Notes: generated by a model from the letters alone, not told the origin. A stretch of DNA of 64,000 nucleotides from Eledone cirrhosa (GCA_964016885.1 OZ024755.1:6820001-6884000); one strand, 5' to 3'. Positions 15,445 through 30,826 are shown, counted from the stretch's first letter. A program made the numbers and translations.

Positions 15445-15835
15445 GTATGTAGATAGTTAGAGATACATATATATATATATATATAGGAGTCGATTGACTT
15501 TCGTCAAATCGGACCGAGCAAACAATGTTTCCATTTGTCTTTCCAATTGCAAATACTATCTATCGGTCGCAACTCCAGGTAGAAGGAGAAACGTGAAGTG
15601 TCTTGCTCAAGGACATAACGCATCAACGGGTCAAGGTATCGAACTCACAACCTCACGATTGCGAATCCAATTCTCTAACCACTCAGCCACGCGCCTTCAC
15701 AAATATACCACAACTTACCGTGGATATCTCTGTATATATATATATATATATATATATGTAGACAAATCGTAAAATGATGACTTTTTTAATATAAGGAACT
15801 TGTTCTTTGTTTTTTTTTCATTGTTTTTATTCATT

Positions 15836-15919
<84 letters not shown>

Positions 15920-15949
15920 AAAAACCACAAACCCTCCATCTCAATTCTA

Positions 15950-15985
15950 CTTTTGAAAAGCAGAACAACTGCGAAACCGGTAAAG
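15950..15985 (+). ncRNA. Minimal hammerhead family E with U3-A8 core
   Basis: ctt-TTGAAAA-gcag-aacaa-ctgc-GAAA-ccgg-TA-aag; palindromic ACCGGT stem III. Confidence 0.6.
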
Positions 15986-16184
15986 GAACCAAATAAATAT
16001 ATATTTAAAAAAAAAAGACTCCAGTTGCATTTTCGACTTCATCTTTTTTCCTTATATATATATATATAATTAACTAGAAATAGATTGACATATATATATA
16101 AAATAAACATGGAACAATCACGGATGGATATGGCGCATGTCTCTCAGACATGACAACCCTTAATTTAATTTTGGATATATATAC

Positions 16185-16243
<59 letters not shown>

Positions 16244-16424
16244 TATATATATATTATATACATACACGCATGCTCGTATCTATGTGGGATTGGTTCTCTT
16301 TGTGACTTACATTGGAACTTATAATGCCTTATATAGGTATAGATATAGTCCTTCTTTATTATTAGTATTATATATATGTTATATATGTATATATGTACGT
16401 AAGCATGTATATATATATATGTGT

Positions 16425-16477
<53 letters not shown>

Positions 16478-16592
16478 GGTGTGTGTGTGTTTGTGTTTGT
16501 GTGGGTATGTGTGTGTGTGTATCTTGCAAGTAAGGAAAAGCGGCCGTAAAATGATGATGATGGTGGTGGTGATATAAAATATATTATATATT

Positions 16593-16772
16593 TGGCTGTA
16601 TCGGTAGAGGGTAGGACGCCATGCTTTGACGCATTGAGTTACGGCCCTTGCCATTCTGAGTTCAATCCCGCCGAGGTTAACTTTGCCTTTCCTCCTTACG
16701 GGGTCGATAAAATAAAGTACCAGTAATACACTGCGTAATTTGCTGGCCTTGTGCCAAAAAAGTAGAAACAAT
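16593..16772 (+). mobile_element. SINE family 1
   Basis: Reverse complement of 5068-5254; B box gagttcaatcc. Confidence 0.8.
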
Positions 16773-16809
16773 TATATATAATATATATTATATATGTGTA
16801 TATATATAC

Positions 16810-16860
<51 letters not shown>

Positions 16861-17282
16861 TGTCTGTGTCTGTGTAATGAATAAGCGTATGCCTGCGTGC
16901 GTGGATGTGTGTGTGTATATGTGAATGTGCATTTGTGTATCAGTGTACACTAGCGTGAGCTTATTTGAATTCTATGCACAAATCCTCCTTGAAAAGGAAC
17001 TATTTGCCCAAATTCTATGACAGTCACATTAAGTGTTCAGTTTTCCCACAAACTGGTTTGACTGCTCTACAGTATGTTTGTAAAAGAACTATACCTGCTA
17101 ATTACAATGGTAACCATGTTTATGCAGACGCCTACACATTCATACATACACAAACACTCCCATATACTCACTCATACATACAGACAGAGAGAGAGAGAGA
17201 GAAGAGGGGGGAGAGAAAGAGAGAGAATTGCACGCATAGATAGATAGATAGTAACTAGATAGTCCATTCCTTCATATATGTG

Positions 17283-17365
<83 letters not shown>

Positions 17366-17439
17366 GAAAAGTATATATATATATATATATTATTATTATT
17401 ATTATTACTATATATTTATTTATTTATTTATACACACAC

Positions 17440-17470
<31 letters not shown>

Positions 17471-17650
17471 CACACGTGTCTGTGTTTGACATACGAACAT
17501 GCACAAAGCACGAATCACAAGTCCAAATATAAACAAGATATGTTGTATAGACAAGATTCTTTCTTAAGTTGTCATATATTTAGTATTACTCTCTCTTCCT
17601 CTTCCATACTTTCCATCTCTTTGTCTCTCTATTTATCACTTTATTCCTTC

Positions 17651-17734
<84 letters not shown>

Positions 17735-17791
17735 TTAGTTCGGATCTATCTGTCGAAACGGCCGGAGCTCAGCCGTCGAGGTCCTGACTCT

Positions 17792-17864
<73 letters not shown>

Positions 17865-18009
17865 TATATGTATATGCAGAGGTTATATTTAATTTGTTGG
17901 GATTCAACAAGCTTAAACATTTTTATAACTTATATAAAGCACTCAACAAGTTAGTGGAGTAAATACACAATATATTAATAAATGGAAACTATATTTATAA
18001 AACCATATT

Positions 18010-18075
18010 TATTTTATTATACATATTTCAAGGGCAACCAAGGCAAATTATGGTGCGCTTTCATCAGATAAAATA
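18010..18075 (-). ncRNA. Type I hammerhead ribozyme, family A (left arm of palindrome)
   Basis: Mirror of 18184-18249; stem II aag.gca.cca/tgg.tgc.ctt; intact CTGATGA and GAAA. Confidence 0.75.
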
Positions 18076-18183
18076 CAGATTTGTTTTATAAATAAATATT
18101 GACATACCCGGAAAAAAAGACAACCTTACCGTTTGGAGCTTCCTGGATAGGGTATGTCAATATTTATTTATAAAACAAATCTG

Positions 18184-18249
18184 TATTTTATCTGATGAAA
18201 GCGCGCCATAATTTGCCTTGGTTGTTCTTGAAATATGTATAATAAAATA
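18184..18249 (+). ncRNA. Type I hammerhead ribozyme, family A (right arm)
   Basis: Stem I tattttat/ataaaata; CTGATGA 18192-18198; GAAA 18230-18233; AUA site after 18241. Confidence 0.72.
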
Positions 18250-18287
18250 AATATGGTTTTATAAATATAGTTTCCATTTATTAATAT

Positions 18288-18477
<190 letters not shown>

Positions 18478-18516
18478 TATATATATAGATATATATATAG
18501 ATATATATATAGATAT

Positions 18517-18563
<47 letters not shown>

Positions 18564-18743
18564 TATATATATAGATATATATATAGATATATATTTAATG
18601 TAGAAGCCTTACTGTGGTTACGCCCCATTTAACCCGGGATAAACTTATATACATATATATTTATATATATATATGTATAAATCTTTGTATTCCTCTCACT
18701 CTCTCTCTCCATCTCTCCCTTTCTCTTTATATAGAAATTTTTG

Positions 18744-18781
<38 letters not shown>

Positions 18782-18859
18782 TCTCCATCTCTCTCTTTCT
18801 CTCTCTCTCACCCCTTCTCTCTCTCTCTCCCTCTCTCCATCTCTCCATCTCTCTCTTGT

Positions 18860-18899
<40 letters not shown>

Positions 18900-19602
18900 T
18901 CTCCATCTCTCTCTTTCACCCCTTCCCTCTCTCTCTCTCTTTCTTTCCTCTCTCTCTCGCTCTACTATACTATAAAGTCGTTTAGTATCAATCACAGAAT
19001 GTATTGGTAACACTGGTTGTGCCGGAATATAAAATACTTTGTGGTTTATCAATATATTCAATGGTGCTATAAACAGTTTTGGATTGTAGAACTAATGGCG
19101 GTTTTGTATGGTAGCTTGCTATGAAAAGAGTTAACTGTCTATATATGAGTGATGTCAGTTATTGGTTAGAGCCTGAACATTACTTGTTACTATGATACGT
19201 TAAAGGACCAGGGCTGGTCCTTTAGCAGAGTCCTTAGAGCGTCTGACAAATGCTTAGCAGTATTTGTTCTATTTCTATACGTGCTGAGTTAAAATCCTGC
19301 TGAGGTCTTCTTTGCCTTTCACTCTTTCGGGGTCGATAAAATATTGCGAACTCTATCTTCTGATGAAAGACTAGTCCCCGAAACTTTTAGGCCCTCTTCC
19401 TACTATTTTAAACGTTAAACTAATATATATTGATCGATAAAATGCCTTGGGCGCGCTGCTGATCGCTTTTGATGTCCTGTTTTAAGCGCCGAAACATCTA
19501 TGATCTGCAGTTAACAGCTGACGAAGGGGTCCTTCTCTTGTTTCGTCCATATTACCATCTTAAACTTTGTTTACAGTAACCACACAATACAGGAGACTGA
19601 GG

Positions 19603-19832
19603 TTAGCTGAACATGCTCACCGACATCCAGCCAGAGTTGACACTGCACTCAGTGCTCCTGTGGAAGCCCCTTGCATGGACATACTGGAATAAGAAAACCG
19701 AGGTTAACATATGTTGTTGCCCTAACGACAGACACTGGTCTGTTGGAGACGCAGGACATAGCAGCGATAATGAGGGACAGAGACCCCTGGAGAGAACTCG
19801 TCCATGGATCACGGGAATTTTACCCGCCCTAG
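19603..19832 (+). mobile_element. RTE-type LINE 3' end fragment, diverged copy
   Basis: Aligns by eye to 58786-58960 (catggaca..ctggaa..accgaggttaacatatgttg..ggagacgcaggacat..ctggagagaactcgtccatggatc). Confidence 0.65.
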
Positions 19833-20369
19833 ATAGATAGATAGTAATAAATGTGAAGAATAAAATCTCACACACACACATACGCATATACAGAATGATA
19901 GGCATACGCACACACGCACGATACATACACACGCACACATTCATAAATCATACTCATCTATATGCTCATATATGCACACAAACGTAACAAATCCACACAT
20001 ACATTTTGTATACAGACACAAGGAAACATACATATCCATACACGGATATGCATACACACATACATACACACATATGCGTACATATATTCACACATACACA
20101 TGGACACACAGGCTTGACACACACACAGACCTCACACACGCACAATTACGCACAGACCTCATACACACACACACACACACACACATAAACACACACACAC
20201 ACGTTATCAGTCAGCAATTTGTTAATTCATTGTCGACATTCTCGTGTCTTTTGCCTCCATTTTCTCTCAGTTCATATTTTCTATTTCCGGTTGTAATCCG
20301 GTTCAATATGGCGTCGTTTCAGAGTAGTTTTGCTTTCTTTCAGCTTCTCCAACGCCATCAAACCACTTC

Positions 20370-21892
20370 CACAGTCTAACACAGTCTAACACAGTCTAAC
20401 ACAGTCTAACACAGTCTAACACACACTCTAACACACAGTCTAACACACACTCTAACACAGTCTAACACTCAGTCTAACACACTCTAACACACAGTCTAAC
20501 ACAGTCTAACACACTCTAACACACAGTCTAACACAGTCTAACACAGCCTAACACAGTCTAACACAGTCTAACACAGTCTAACACACTCTAACACACAGTC
20601 TAACACAGTCTAACACAGTCTAACACAGCCTAACACAGTATAACACAGTCTAACACACAGTCTAACACAGTCTAACACAGCCTAACACAGTCTAACACAC
20701 AGTCTAACACAGTCTAACACACAGTCTAACACACTCTAACACACAGTCTAACAGTCTAACACACTCTAACACACAGTCTAACACAGTCTAACACAGTCTA
20801 ACACAGTCTAACACAGTCTAACACTCTCTAACACACAGTCTAACACAGTCTAACACAGTCTAACACAGTCTAACACACAGTCTAACACAGTCTAACACAT
20901 TCTAACACACAGTCTAACACAGTCTAACACAGTCTAACACAGTCTAACACACTCTAACACACAGTCTAACACAGTCTAACACAGTCTAACACAGTCTAAC
21001 ACACAGTCTAACACAGTCTAACACAGTCTAACACAACCTAACACAGTCTAACACAGTCTAACACACAGTCTAACACAGTCTAACACATTCTAACACACAG
21101 TCTAACACAGTCTAACACAGTCTAACACAGTCTAACACACTCTAACACACAGTCTAACACAGTCTAACACAGTCTAACACACAGTCTAACACAGTCTAAC
21201 ACAGTCTAACACAGCCTAACACAGTCTAACACAGTCTAACACACTCTAACACAGTCTAACACAGTTTAACACACTCTAACACACAGTCTAACACAGTCTA
21301 ACACATTCTAACACACAGTCTAACACAGTCTAACACAGTCTAACACAGTCTAACACACTCTAACACACAGTCTAACACAGTCTAACACAGTCTAACACAC
21401 AGTCTAACACAGTCTAACACAGTCTAACACAGCCTAACACAGTCTAACACAGTCTAACACACTCTAACACAGTCTAACACAGTTTAACACAGCCTAATAC
21501 AGTCTGACACAGTCTAACACAGTCTAACACAGCCTAACACAGTCTGACACAGTCTAACACACAGTCTAACACAGTCTAACACAGTCTAACACACAGTCTA
21601 ACACAGTCTAACACAGCCTAACACAGTCTAACACAGTCTAACACACAGTCTAACACACAGTCTAACACAGTCTGACACAGTCTAACACACAGTCTAACAC
21701 AGTCTAACACAGTCTAACACACAGTCTAACACAGTCAAACACAGTCTAACACACAGTCTAACACAGTCTAACACAGTCTAACACAGTCTAACACACAGTC
21801 TAACACACAGTCTAACACAGTCTAACACAGTCTAACACAGCCTAACACAGTCTAACACAGTCTAACACACTCTAACACACAGTCTAACACAC
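20370..21892. repeat. 10/12-bp minisatellite acacagtcta
   Basis: Directly visible. Confidence 0.95.
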
Positions 21893-21969
21893 ACTCTCTC
21901 TTTATATATATATATAAATATTCAAGTTGCAACCTTTTTAAATTACGCCATCAACATTGTTGTAATTAT

Positions 21970-22374
21970 TGCAGTTGTTGTTGTTGTGGCTGCTGTTGTT
22001 GTTATTGTTGTCGTTGTTGCCGTTGTTGCTGCTGCTGTTTACTGCTGCTGCTGTTACTGCTGCTGCTGTTTACTGCTGCTGCTGTTACTGCTGCCGCTGT
22101 TACTGCTGCTGCTGTTTACTGCTGCTACTGTTACTGCTGCTGCTGTTACTGCTGCTGCTGCTGTTTACTGCTGCTGTTGTTACTGCTGCTGCTGTTACTG
22201 CTGCTGCTGTTTACTGCTGCTGCTGTTACTGCTGTTGTTGTTTACTGCTGCTGCTGTTACTGCTGCTGCTGTTTACTGCTGCTGCTGTTACTGCTGCTGC
22301 TGTTACTGCTGCTGCTGTTTACTGCTGCTGCTGTTACTGCTGCTACTGTTACTGCTGCTGCTGTTACTGTTGTT

Positions 22375-22413
<39 letters not shown>

Positions 22414-22603
22414 GCTGCTGCTGTTACTGCTGCTGCTGTTACTGCTGCTGCTCTTATTGTTGTTGTTGTTGTTGTTGTTGCTGTTGTTACTGTTGCTACT
22501 GTTACTGCTGCTGCTGTTACTGCTGCTACTGTTATTGCTGCTGCTGTTACTACCGCTGCTGTTACTGCTGCTGCACTTATTGTTGTTGTTGTTGTTGTTG
22601 CTG
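21970..22603. repeat. Compound trinucleotide repeat (GCT/GTT/ACT)
   Basis: Directly visible. Confidence 0.9.
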
Positions 22604-22661
22604 TCCTTGCTTGTTTTCTCATTGTCAAATCTATTTCCCTCCAATATTTCTCAAGTATGTA

Positions 22662-23390
22662 ACTCCCCCCCCCTCTCACACCATGTGTCTCTCTCTGTCG
22701 CTGTATCACCGCCATTCCACTATCAACCATACTCCCCCCTCCCTCACTATGTGTCTCTCTCTGTCGCTGTATCACCGCCATTCCACTATCAACCATACTC
22801 CCCCCTCCCTCACCATGTGTCTCTCTCTGTCGCTGTATCACTGCCATTCCACTATCAACCATACTCCCCCCTCCCTCACCATGTGTCTCTCTCTGTCGCT
22901 GTATCACCGCCATTCCACTATCAACCATACTCCCCCCTTCCTCACCATGTGTCTCTCTCTGTCGCTGTATCACTGCCATTCCACTATCAACCATACTCCC
23001 CCCTCCCTCACCATGTGTCTCTCTCTGTCGCTGTATCACCGCCATTCCACTATCAACCATACTCCCCCCTCCCTCACCATGTGTCTCTCTCTGTCGCTGT
23101 ATCACCGCCATTCCACTATCAACCATACTCCCCCCTCCCACACCATGTGTCTCTCTCTGTCGCTGTATCACTGCCATTCCACTATCAACCATACTCCCCC
23201 CTCCCTCACCATGTGTCTCTCTCTGTCGCTGTATCACCGCCATTCCACTATCAACCATACTCCCCCCTCCCTCACCATGTGTCTCTCTCTGTCGCTGTAT
23301 CACCGCCATTCCACTATCAACCATACTCCCCCCTCCCACACCATGTGTCTCTCTCTGTCGCTGTATCACCGCCATTCCACTATCAACCAT
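22662..23390. repeat. 66-bp tandem repeat, 11 copies
   Basis: ccatgtgtct starts at 22681 and 23341, ten periods of 66 apart. Confidence 0.95.
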
Positions 23391-23949
23391 TCACACGAGT
23401 TTTCAATTTCCACGCTCTTCCGCCCTTTTGTAGACAGAACACACACACACACACGCACACATACACACATACATACACAGACATACATATATACACACAC
23501 ACACAGACAGACACACACACAGACAGACATAGATATACACACACAGAGACACACACACACGCACATCCACACGCACACACATACACACATACACACACAC
23601 ACATACACAGACATACATATATACACACACACACAGAATCACACACACACACAGAGACAGACATAGATATACACACACAGAGACAGACACACATACACAC
23701 ACACACACACATATACATATATACACACACACACAGACACACATATATACACACAGTGACATACACACACACGTACAGAAACGCCTGTACTGATACAAAC
23801 ACACATACATACACAGACAAAGAGATATCTATCGGAAATAATGGTAATAACATACATACACACACAAATAGAGCTATAGAAATAGAAATAAAGATAAAGA
23901 TAAAGAAATGGCCATGGGATTTGTACATAGAAAGTACTCCTCTGAGTCA

Positions 23950-24752
23950 CAAGTCCAGGCCTTGATGTTGTCCAAGTCCAGGTCACTGCTGTTGTCCAAG
24001 TCCAGGTCACTGCTGTTGTCCAAGTCCAGGTCACTGCTGTTGTCCAAGTCCAGGTCACTTCTGTTGTCTAAGTCCAGGCCATTGATGTTGTCCAAGTCCA
24101 AGTCACTGATCTCCAAGTCCAGGCCATTTATGTTGTCCAAGTCCAAGCCACTGATGTCCAAGTCCAAGCCACTGATGTCCAAGTCCAGGCCACTGATGTT
24201 GTCCACGTTCAAGCCATTTATGTTGTCCAAGTCCAAGCCACTGATGTCCAAGTCCAAGCCACTGATGTCCACGTTCAAGACATTGATGTTGTCCACGTTC
24301 AAGCCATTGATGTTGTCCAAGTCCAGGCCATTGATGTTGTCCAAGTCCAGACCATTGATGTTGTCCAAGTTCAGGCCACTGCTGTTGTCCATTTTCAAGC
24401 CATTGATGTTGTCCAAGTCCAGGCCACGGCTGTTGTCCAAGTTCAGGCCACTGCTGTTGTCCATTTTCAAGCCATTGATGTTGTCCAAGTCCAGGCTACT
24501 GCTGTTGTCCAAGTCCAGGCCACTGCTGTTGTCCAAGTTCAGGCCACTGCTGTTGTCCATTTTCAAGCCATTGATGTTGCCCAAGTCCAGGCCACTGCTG
24601 TTGTCCATTTTCAAGCCATTGATGTTGTCCAAGTCCAGGCTACTGCTGTTGTCCAAGTCCAGGCCACTGCTGTTGTCCAAGTTCAGGCCACGGCTGTTGT
24701 CCATTTTCAAGCCATTGATGTTGTCCAAGTCCAGTCCAGTGATGTTGTCCAA
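23950..24752. repeat. 24/21-bp minisatellite gtccaagtccaggccattgatgtt
   Basis: Directly visible. Confidence 0.92.
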
Positions 24753-25798
24753 GGTAAAGGCCGAAATAGCTTGGAACCAGTGACGTAGCAACTCATTTCT
24801 ACAACTGAGTGAACTAGATGATTAAGGATTGATTTTATTTGATAAACATCATTGGTTCCATCTTTTACAATTTCTGATTTGCTAGCACTAAGATATAGCA
24901 TGCATGCATGCCCTCGTACGCTATAAGCCGGTGCTTATCCCGGTTTCATGGCGTGAAGCAACTGAGAGTACAAGACTCCCTCCTGGACTGGACGCTAGTC
25001 CATCGCAGGGTCAAACCTCCAGCTATTGCTGGTACTCATTTTCAGCTGAGTATAGTGGAGCCATGTTTAATGAAGTGTTTTTGCTCAAGAACACAACACA
25101 CAACCCAGCCCAAGAATCAAACCCACGACATTAAGATCGTAAGTCCAACACCCTTACCACTAGGCCACGTGCCTTACACACACACACATACGCGCGCGCA
25201 CACACACAAAATAGCAACAAGGAATTAAGATATAGACCAACATATGTGATGGAACTGGTTCTGTATACGAGGTTAAATCAACTGCTTCTGCGGTTTACTC
25301 CTGTAAATCCTTGCTAAATTCTGTAAATCCTTGTAGATTCTAAAGACATTCGATGCATTGATTATAAAAGACAAATGAGTGTTTTATCTATAATTTATTG
25401 ATTTATTGATTCATTGATTTAAAAAAAAAATTATTGATTCTTTTTTTATCTTTGTCCTCAATACGAAATGCTGTGGAATGAAGTGTAATAATGACAGTGT
25501 ATACATGCATGTATACATGTATACATGCATGTATACATGCATGTATACATGTATACATACATGTAAACATAATGTATACATACATGATTGTGTGCTTAAG
25601 AAATAACTTTACAATACAAACAAAAATAACAACAAGGAATTTGATTACATATTTCATATAATTTGGGATAATAAAAGTCTATAATAAATTAAAATGTGTT
25701 GAGATAATGCGAGATAATGCGAGAATTACAGTTCAATCTACAAATCTCACCACTACTCCACTCCACACTTATATTTACTTCCCACCAGTGACGTCATT

Positions 25799-25866
<68 letters not shown>

Positions 25867-25903
25867 ACAAAGACACACACACACACAGACGCAGGCAGTC
25901 ACA

Positions 25904-25944
<41 letters not shown>

Positions 25945-26275
25945 ACAGGCAGTCACACACACACACACACACACACACGCAAGAAATACAGGTTAAACAA
26001 AAATGATTGCAATATTGTATTTAGTTTCTCGTATAACAAACAAAAATGTTGGGTTGGGTTGGAAGGGGAGTATTTAATAAAATCTTTCAAATAAAAACAA
26101 AACTTGATGTGATGGACTTAATCCATTGCCTTTTTAACACCGTCAGCTGGCCCGTATGTCCTTTGTATCAAAACCACTTTTATTTCAAGTATGATGTTCT
26201 GTTTGAGTATATATATATATATAAGAAGGGTCATGCTGCCGATAATAATAATAATAATATATATATATATCAGAG

Positions 26276-26587
<312 letters not shown>

Positions 26588-26879
26588 TATAACCAATTCA
26601 TAAATCAAATATATTTAGCATTGATTACTAAAATAGCACTTGAAATGTGGGCCTATTTTTTACGTCTAGCATGGACCTATTATCATCTTGGTAGGAACGC
26701 TTCAGGGGAGGGGTTAGGTACATTTCATACCTTGTCTGGCTACATTTTCTTGTCATGTCTTTAAATGTATAATCAATTTAAACTGTGGTTCAACCAACAC
26801 AAGTATAAAAAAAACGCATTCAAAATAGTTCGTTACATAAAAAGTTTCTATATGTAAAGTTTTGATTCGACATACGAAT

Positions 26880-27071
26880 AATTGTTTCTACTTTTGGCAC
26901 AAGGCCAGCAATTACCCAGTACATTGCTGGTACTTTATTTTATCGAACCCCGTAAGGATGAAAAGCAAAGTTAACCTCGGCGGGATTTGAACTCAGAATG
27001 GCAAGGGCCGTAACTCTATGCGTTAAAGCATGGTGCCCGACACTCTACCGATACTGCCAATCCACCGCCCC
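26880..27071 (-). mobile_element. SINE family 1, full length
   Basis: Matches 5068-5254. Confidence 0.82.
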
Positions 27072-27696
27072 TTGCCAACACCAACGGTAGAATCGAAATT
27101 CAATCCATGAGTGATCGCTGTGTGGTAGCAATGAAACATGGGCTGTTCAGAACGAGGTTCCGGGTTATTGAGTCACGTATGGAGGTTTATGATTATAAGA
27201 AAGTAAAAAAAAAATAAAATTAAATAAATTTGAATAACCCTGTATTTGTACAGTCGTACACATTTACACTCACATACACTTTTGTTTGCATACAAAGAAA
27301 GAGTACTCAATACATAACGTAGAGTTTATCTTTATTAGGGGATCAGTTAATTAAGCACTCCTCGCTCGGTTGCTGGGAGTTTCGCGCAACACGTGGAGCT
27401 GCGTGATAGAACGCACGTGGCTTCAGACTGAATGACAGGAGAATGTATTATCAACTGGCATATATATATATATATATATATAAAATATACATATATACAC
27501 ACATATATATGTATAAATAAAGCATATATATATATATATATATATATAAAGCATATATCAGGCTTCCCTCCTTTTGAATATAGTTCAGCTCCACAAAAAA
27601 CGCAATGAATCTTATACTTCAGAAGTCCCTCTGATGATTAGCAGTTCAACGGCCTTCATTTTGAAAGTTTTCTTACTACTATATATATATATATAC

Positions 27697-27768
<72 letters not shown>

Positions 27769-27791
27769 TTACAATATACTTATATATACAA

Positions 27792-27938
<147 letters not shown>

Positions 27939-28400
27939 GTTTTCATAGTATAATGAGAACTCAACGCAAGAAACCTGTTAAAAGTAAAAACAGTAAAATG
28001 CCGACAATGACAGGGTTGGGTAGAATTTTCCTCAAAGGACAGAAACCAGTAGCTCTGTCCTTTGAAGTAAATTTTATCTGATGCTGTCATTGACGGCATT
28101 TTGCTGTTTTAACAGCTTTCTCGCATTGAGTTCTTCTCATTTTACTATAAATTCTAATATACTCGCGCTTCAACTCGATCTTCGAGAAAACTTTGTTTAT
28201 ATATAGTTTTGTTTTGTTAATTTCGTAATGAGTCATTTTATGTGCCATTATATATTTTGTTAGCTTTGTAATTGCGTTAGACAAGATTTCTTTCATCAAA
28301 TGTCTTATATTGTATTTTTAATTTTTCTTCTCTTTTGACATTTAAATATGAATTCTGTAGAGGTGTAATTAAATAAATTCCTAGTTTCTGATTGGTTTAT

Positions 28401-28792
28401 TTATGGTGATTTTCCAGGTGGAACGTGATTGGCTGAATGTGCCAACAGAGAAGGGAATGCACTCGACCATGCAAAACCGGAAGCTGACATCAAATGACTG
28501 GTATTTGACAATGAAGATGTTAGATATGGATATGAAAGAACTGGTGGGTAAAAAAACTGGGGGCCTGTGCACAAAGGGAATCTATAGGCTGCCCCAAAAT
28601 TAGGCATATCACCCTTTTCTGCTTTAATGTCTACTTTGTGGTTCATTAGCTTCCGTCGTTTTGATAAAGATGCCTCTGTTGTTGTAGTTGATGATAATGA
28701 TGATGATGATAACTCTAAATCTTGGTCTGTTTTCTTGGAACCCTCACTTGAAGTCATCGCTCGAGTCGGAGCTTCATCGTCAGTACCACCGT
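28401..28792 (-). CDS. Poxn: Pox-neuro probable terminal coding exon 4
   Basis: Strong acceptor tttatttttcag|AC GGT GGT in phase 1, matching exon 3. 392 nt: DGGTDDEAPTRAM...SKRRK...FFYPPVLSYPYL...PPGKSP*. TF-like low-complexity tail with a basic cluster; total CDS is 1200 nt. Confidence 0.75.
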
Positions 28793-28848
28793 CTGAAAAA
28801 TAAAAAAAGCAGGCGATGATGAAAAAAAAAAATAATGGTAATAATAAC

Positions 28849-28898
<50 letters not shown>

Positions 28899-28901
<3 letters not shown>

Positions 28902-29413
28902 TTTCTTTATTGGCCAAAAGGGCTGACATTAAGAAAAACGTTACAGACGGCACAGGACGGTACAGGACAGTACGATGTGGATTTTGTGCGTGTAAAGATT
29001 TTTATTATTTATATAAGAAACGAAAAAGAAAAAAAAAAGACATAGAAACATATATATATATATAAACAATAAAAATGAAAATTCAAACAATGAAAAATTC
29101 TCCAATAGGGGGAAAACCTCCGAGGGTTACTCGTGGCGAAAACCACACAAAAGACCACGGCCACCCTGACCACCAGGGCAAACGCCCTCTCTCAATTTTT
29201 CCATTCCTCAAACTACAAGCGTATATTCAGAGCGGTCCCGTTCACTCGGACCATTCTCGCTACATTCACCCACCTTTCAACAAACTTGCTAGAAGACAGC
29301 ACTTGCCTCTCCACCCTGATTTTCCTCATCAAGTGAAACTTGAAAAAGTTAATCAGGGATTCGCCGAAGAGGAAAGTGTCTGTCTTTAACCCTTTCAACC
29401 TTGTCCACCACAC
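28899..29413 (-). mobile_element. 3' end of a Tx1/L1-like LINE
   Basis: VWWTRLKGL...FFKFHLMRKIRVERQVLSSSKFVERW resembles L1/Tx1 ORF2 C-termini. It is followed by a 3' UTR, AATAAA and an (ATT)n tail. Confidence 0.55.
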
Positions 29414-29419
29414 AATCTC

Positions 29420-29749
29420 TTTCTACTTTTGGCACAATGCCAGCAATCACCTAGTACATTACTGGTACTTTATTTTATCGACCCGTAAGGATGAAAGGCA
29501 AAGTTAACCTCGGTGGGATTTGAACTCAGTCCGTAAAGGGACGTAACTCTGTGTTGCAAAGCATAGCGTCCGACTGGTTTCTTATATAGGCACAAGGCCA
29601 GCAATTTGAAAGGGGAGGAGAAAGTTGATTAAATCGACCCCAGTGCATTACTGGTGCTTTATTTTATCGACCCCGTAAGGAGAAAGACAAAGTTAACCTC
29701 GGCGAGTTTTGAACTTAGAACGTAAAGGGGTGTAACTCTATGTCGCTAA

Positions 29750-29783
<34 letters not shown>

Positions 29784-29860
29784 CAAATTTATAGTGCAAA
29801 TTTATACGGGAACAAAACAGAGAATATATATGTCTGTGTGTGTGTATGTGTGTATATATA

Positions 29861-29891
<31 letters not shown>

Positions 29892-30113
29892 TTATAGATA
29901 GATAGATAGATAGATAGATACCTATATATACACACATAATTGTTTCTACTTTTGGCAAAAGGCCATCAATTAAATCAGTACATTACTGGTACTTTATTTT
30001 ATCGACCCCGTAAAGATGAATGGCAAAGTTAACCTCTGCGGGATTTGAACTCAGATCGTAAAGGGATGTAACTATGCTGGGAAGCATGTCTGACCCTCTA
30101 CCGATACTGCCAA
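29420..30113 (-). mobile_element. Cluster of three SINE family 1 copies
   Basis: Copies start at ~29420, ~29575 and ~29938. Confidence 0.8.
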
Positions 30114-30431
30114 TAATATATAAATATATATATGTTCCTACTTGCAAGCATATGAATCGTCTAGGGGAGATAATCCCTTAGACTAGTGGCTTTATTTATA
30201 AAAAGAAAATTGACTGGTAGATACATTTTTTCTAAACGAAGAATAAACGAAGTGATAAAAAGAATGTAATATATTTTGTCCAATAGATGAAGAGTTCAAA
30301 TCTAGGCTAGACAGTAATAAAGTCATTTATTGATTATTAAACAATTAGTAGGTTATTTAAGACTTATAACACTTCACACGGATATATGTTGGCAATTAAA
30401 ACACAAACAAGAAGAAATCTTATAGACTAGA

Positions 30432-30826
30432 AAGGGGTTAATGGAATAGAAGAGGATTAGTGGAATAGAAAGAGATTAATGGAATAGAAGGGGATTAGTG
30501 GAATAGAAGGGGATTAATGGAATAGAAGGGGGTTAGTGGAATAGAAGGGGATTAATGGAATAGAAAGGGATTAGTGGAATAGAAGGGGATTAATGGAATA
30601 GAAGGGGGTTAGTGGAATAGAAGGGGATTAATGGAATAGAAGAGGGTTAGTGGAATAGAAGGGAGTTAGTGGAATAGAAGGGGATTAATGGAATAGAAGG
30701 GGGTTAGTGGAATAGAAGAGGGTTAGTGGAATAGAAGGGGGTTAGTGGAATAGAAGAGGATTAATGGAATAGAAGGGGATTGTTGGAATAGAAGGGGGTT
30801 AGTGGAATAAAAGGGGGTTAGTGGAT
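30432..30826. repeat. 19/20-bp G-rich minisatellite ttagtggaatagaagggg
   Basis: Directly visible. Confidence 0.9.

Noticed and set aside
22662-23390. CRISPR-like regular array
   Set aside because: No unique spacers, pure tandem repeat, eukaryotic context, no cas genes.
21969-23965. 565- and 659-aa ORFs
   Set aside because: Concatenated trinucleotide, 66-bp and (CA)n repeats.
27627-27670. CTGATGA...GAAA at 27631
   Set aside because: No convincing stems I-III.
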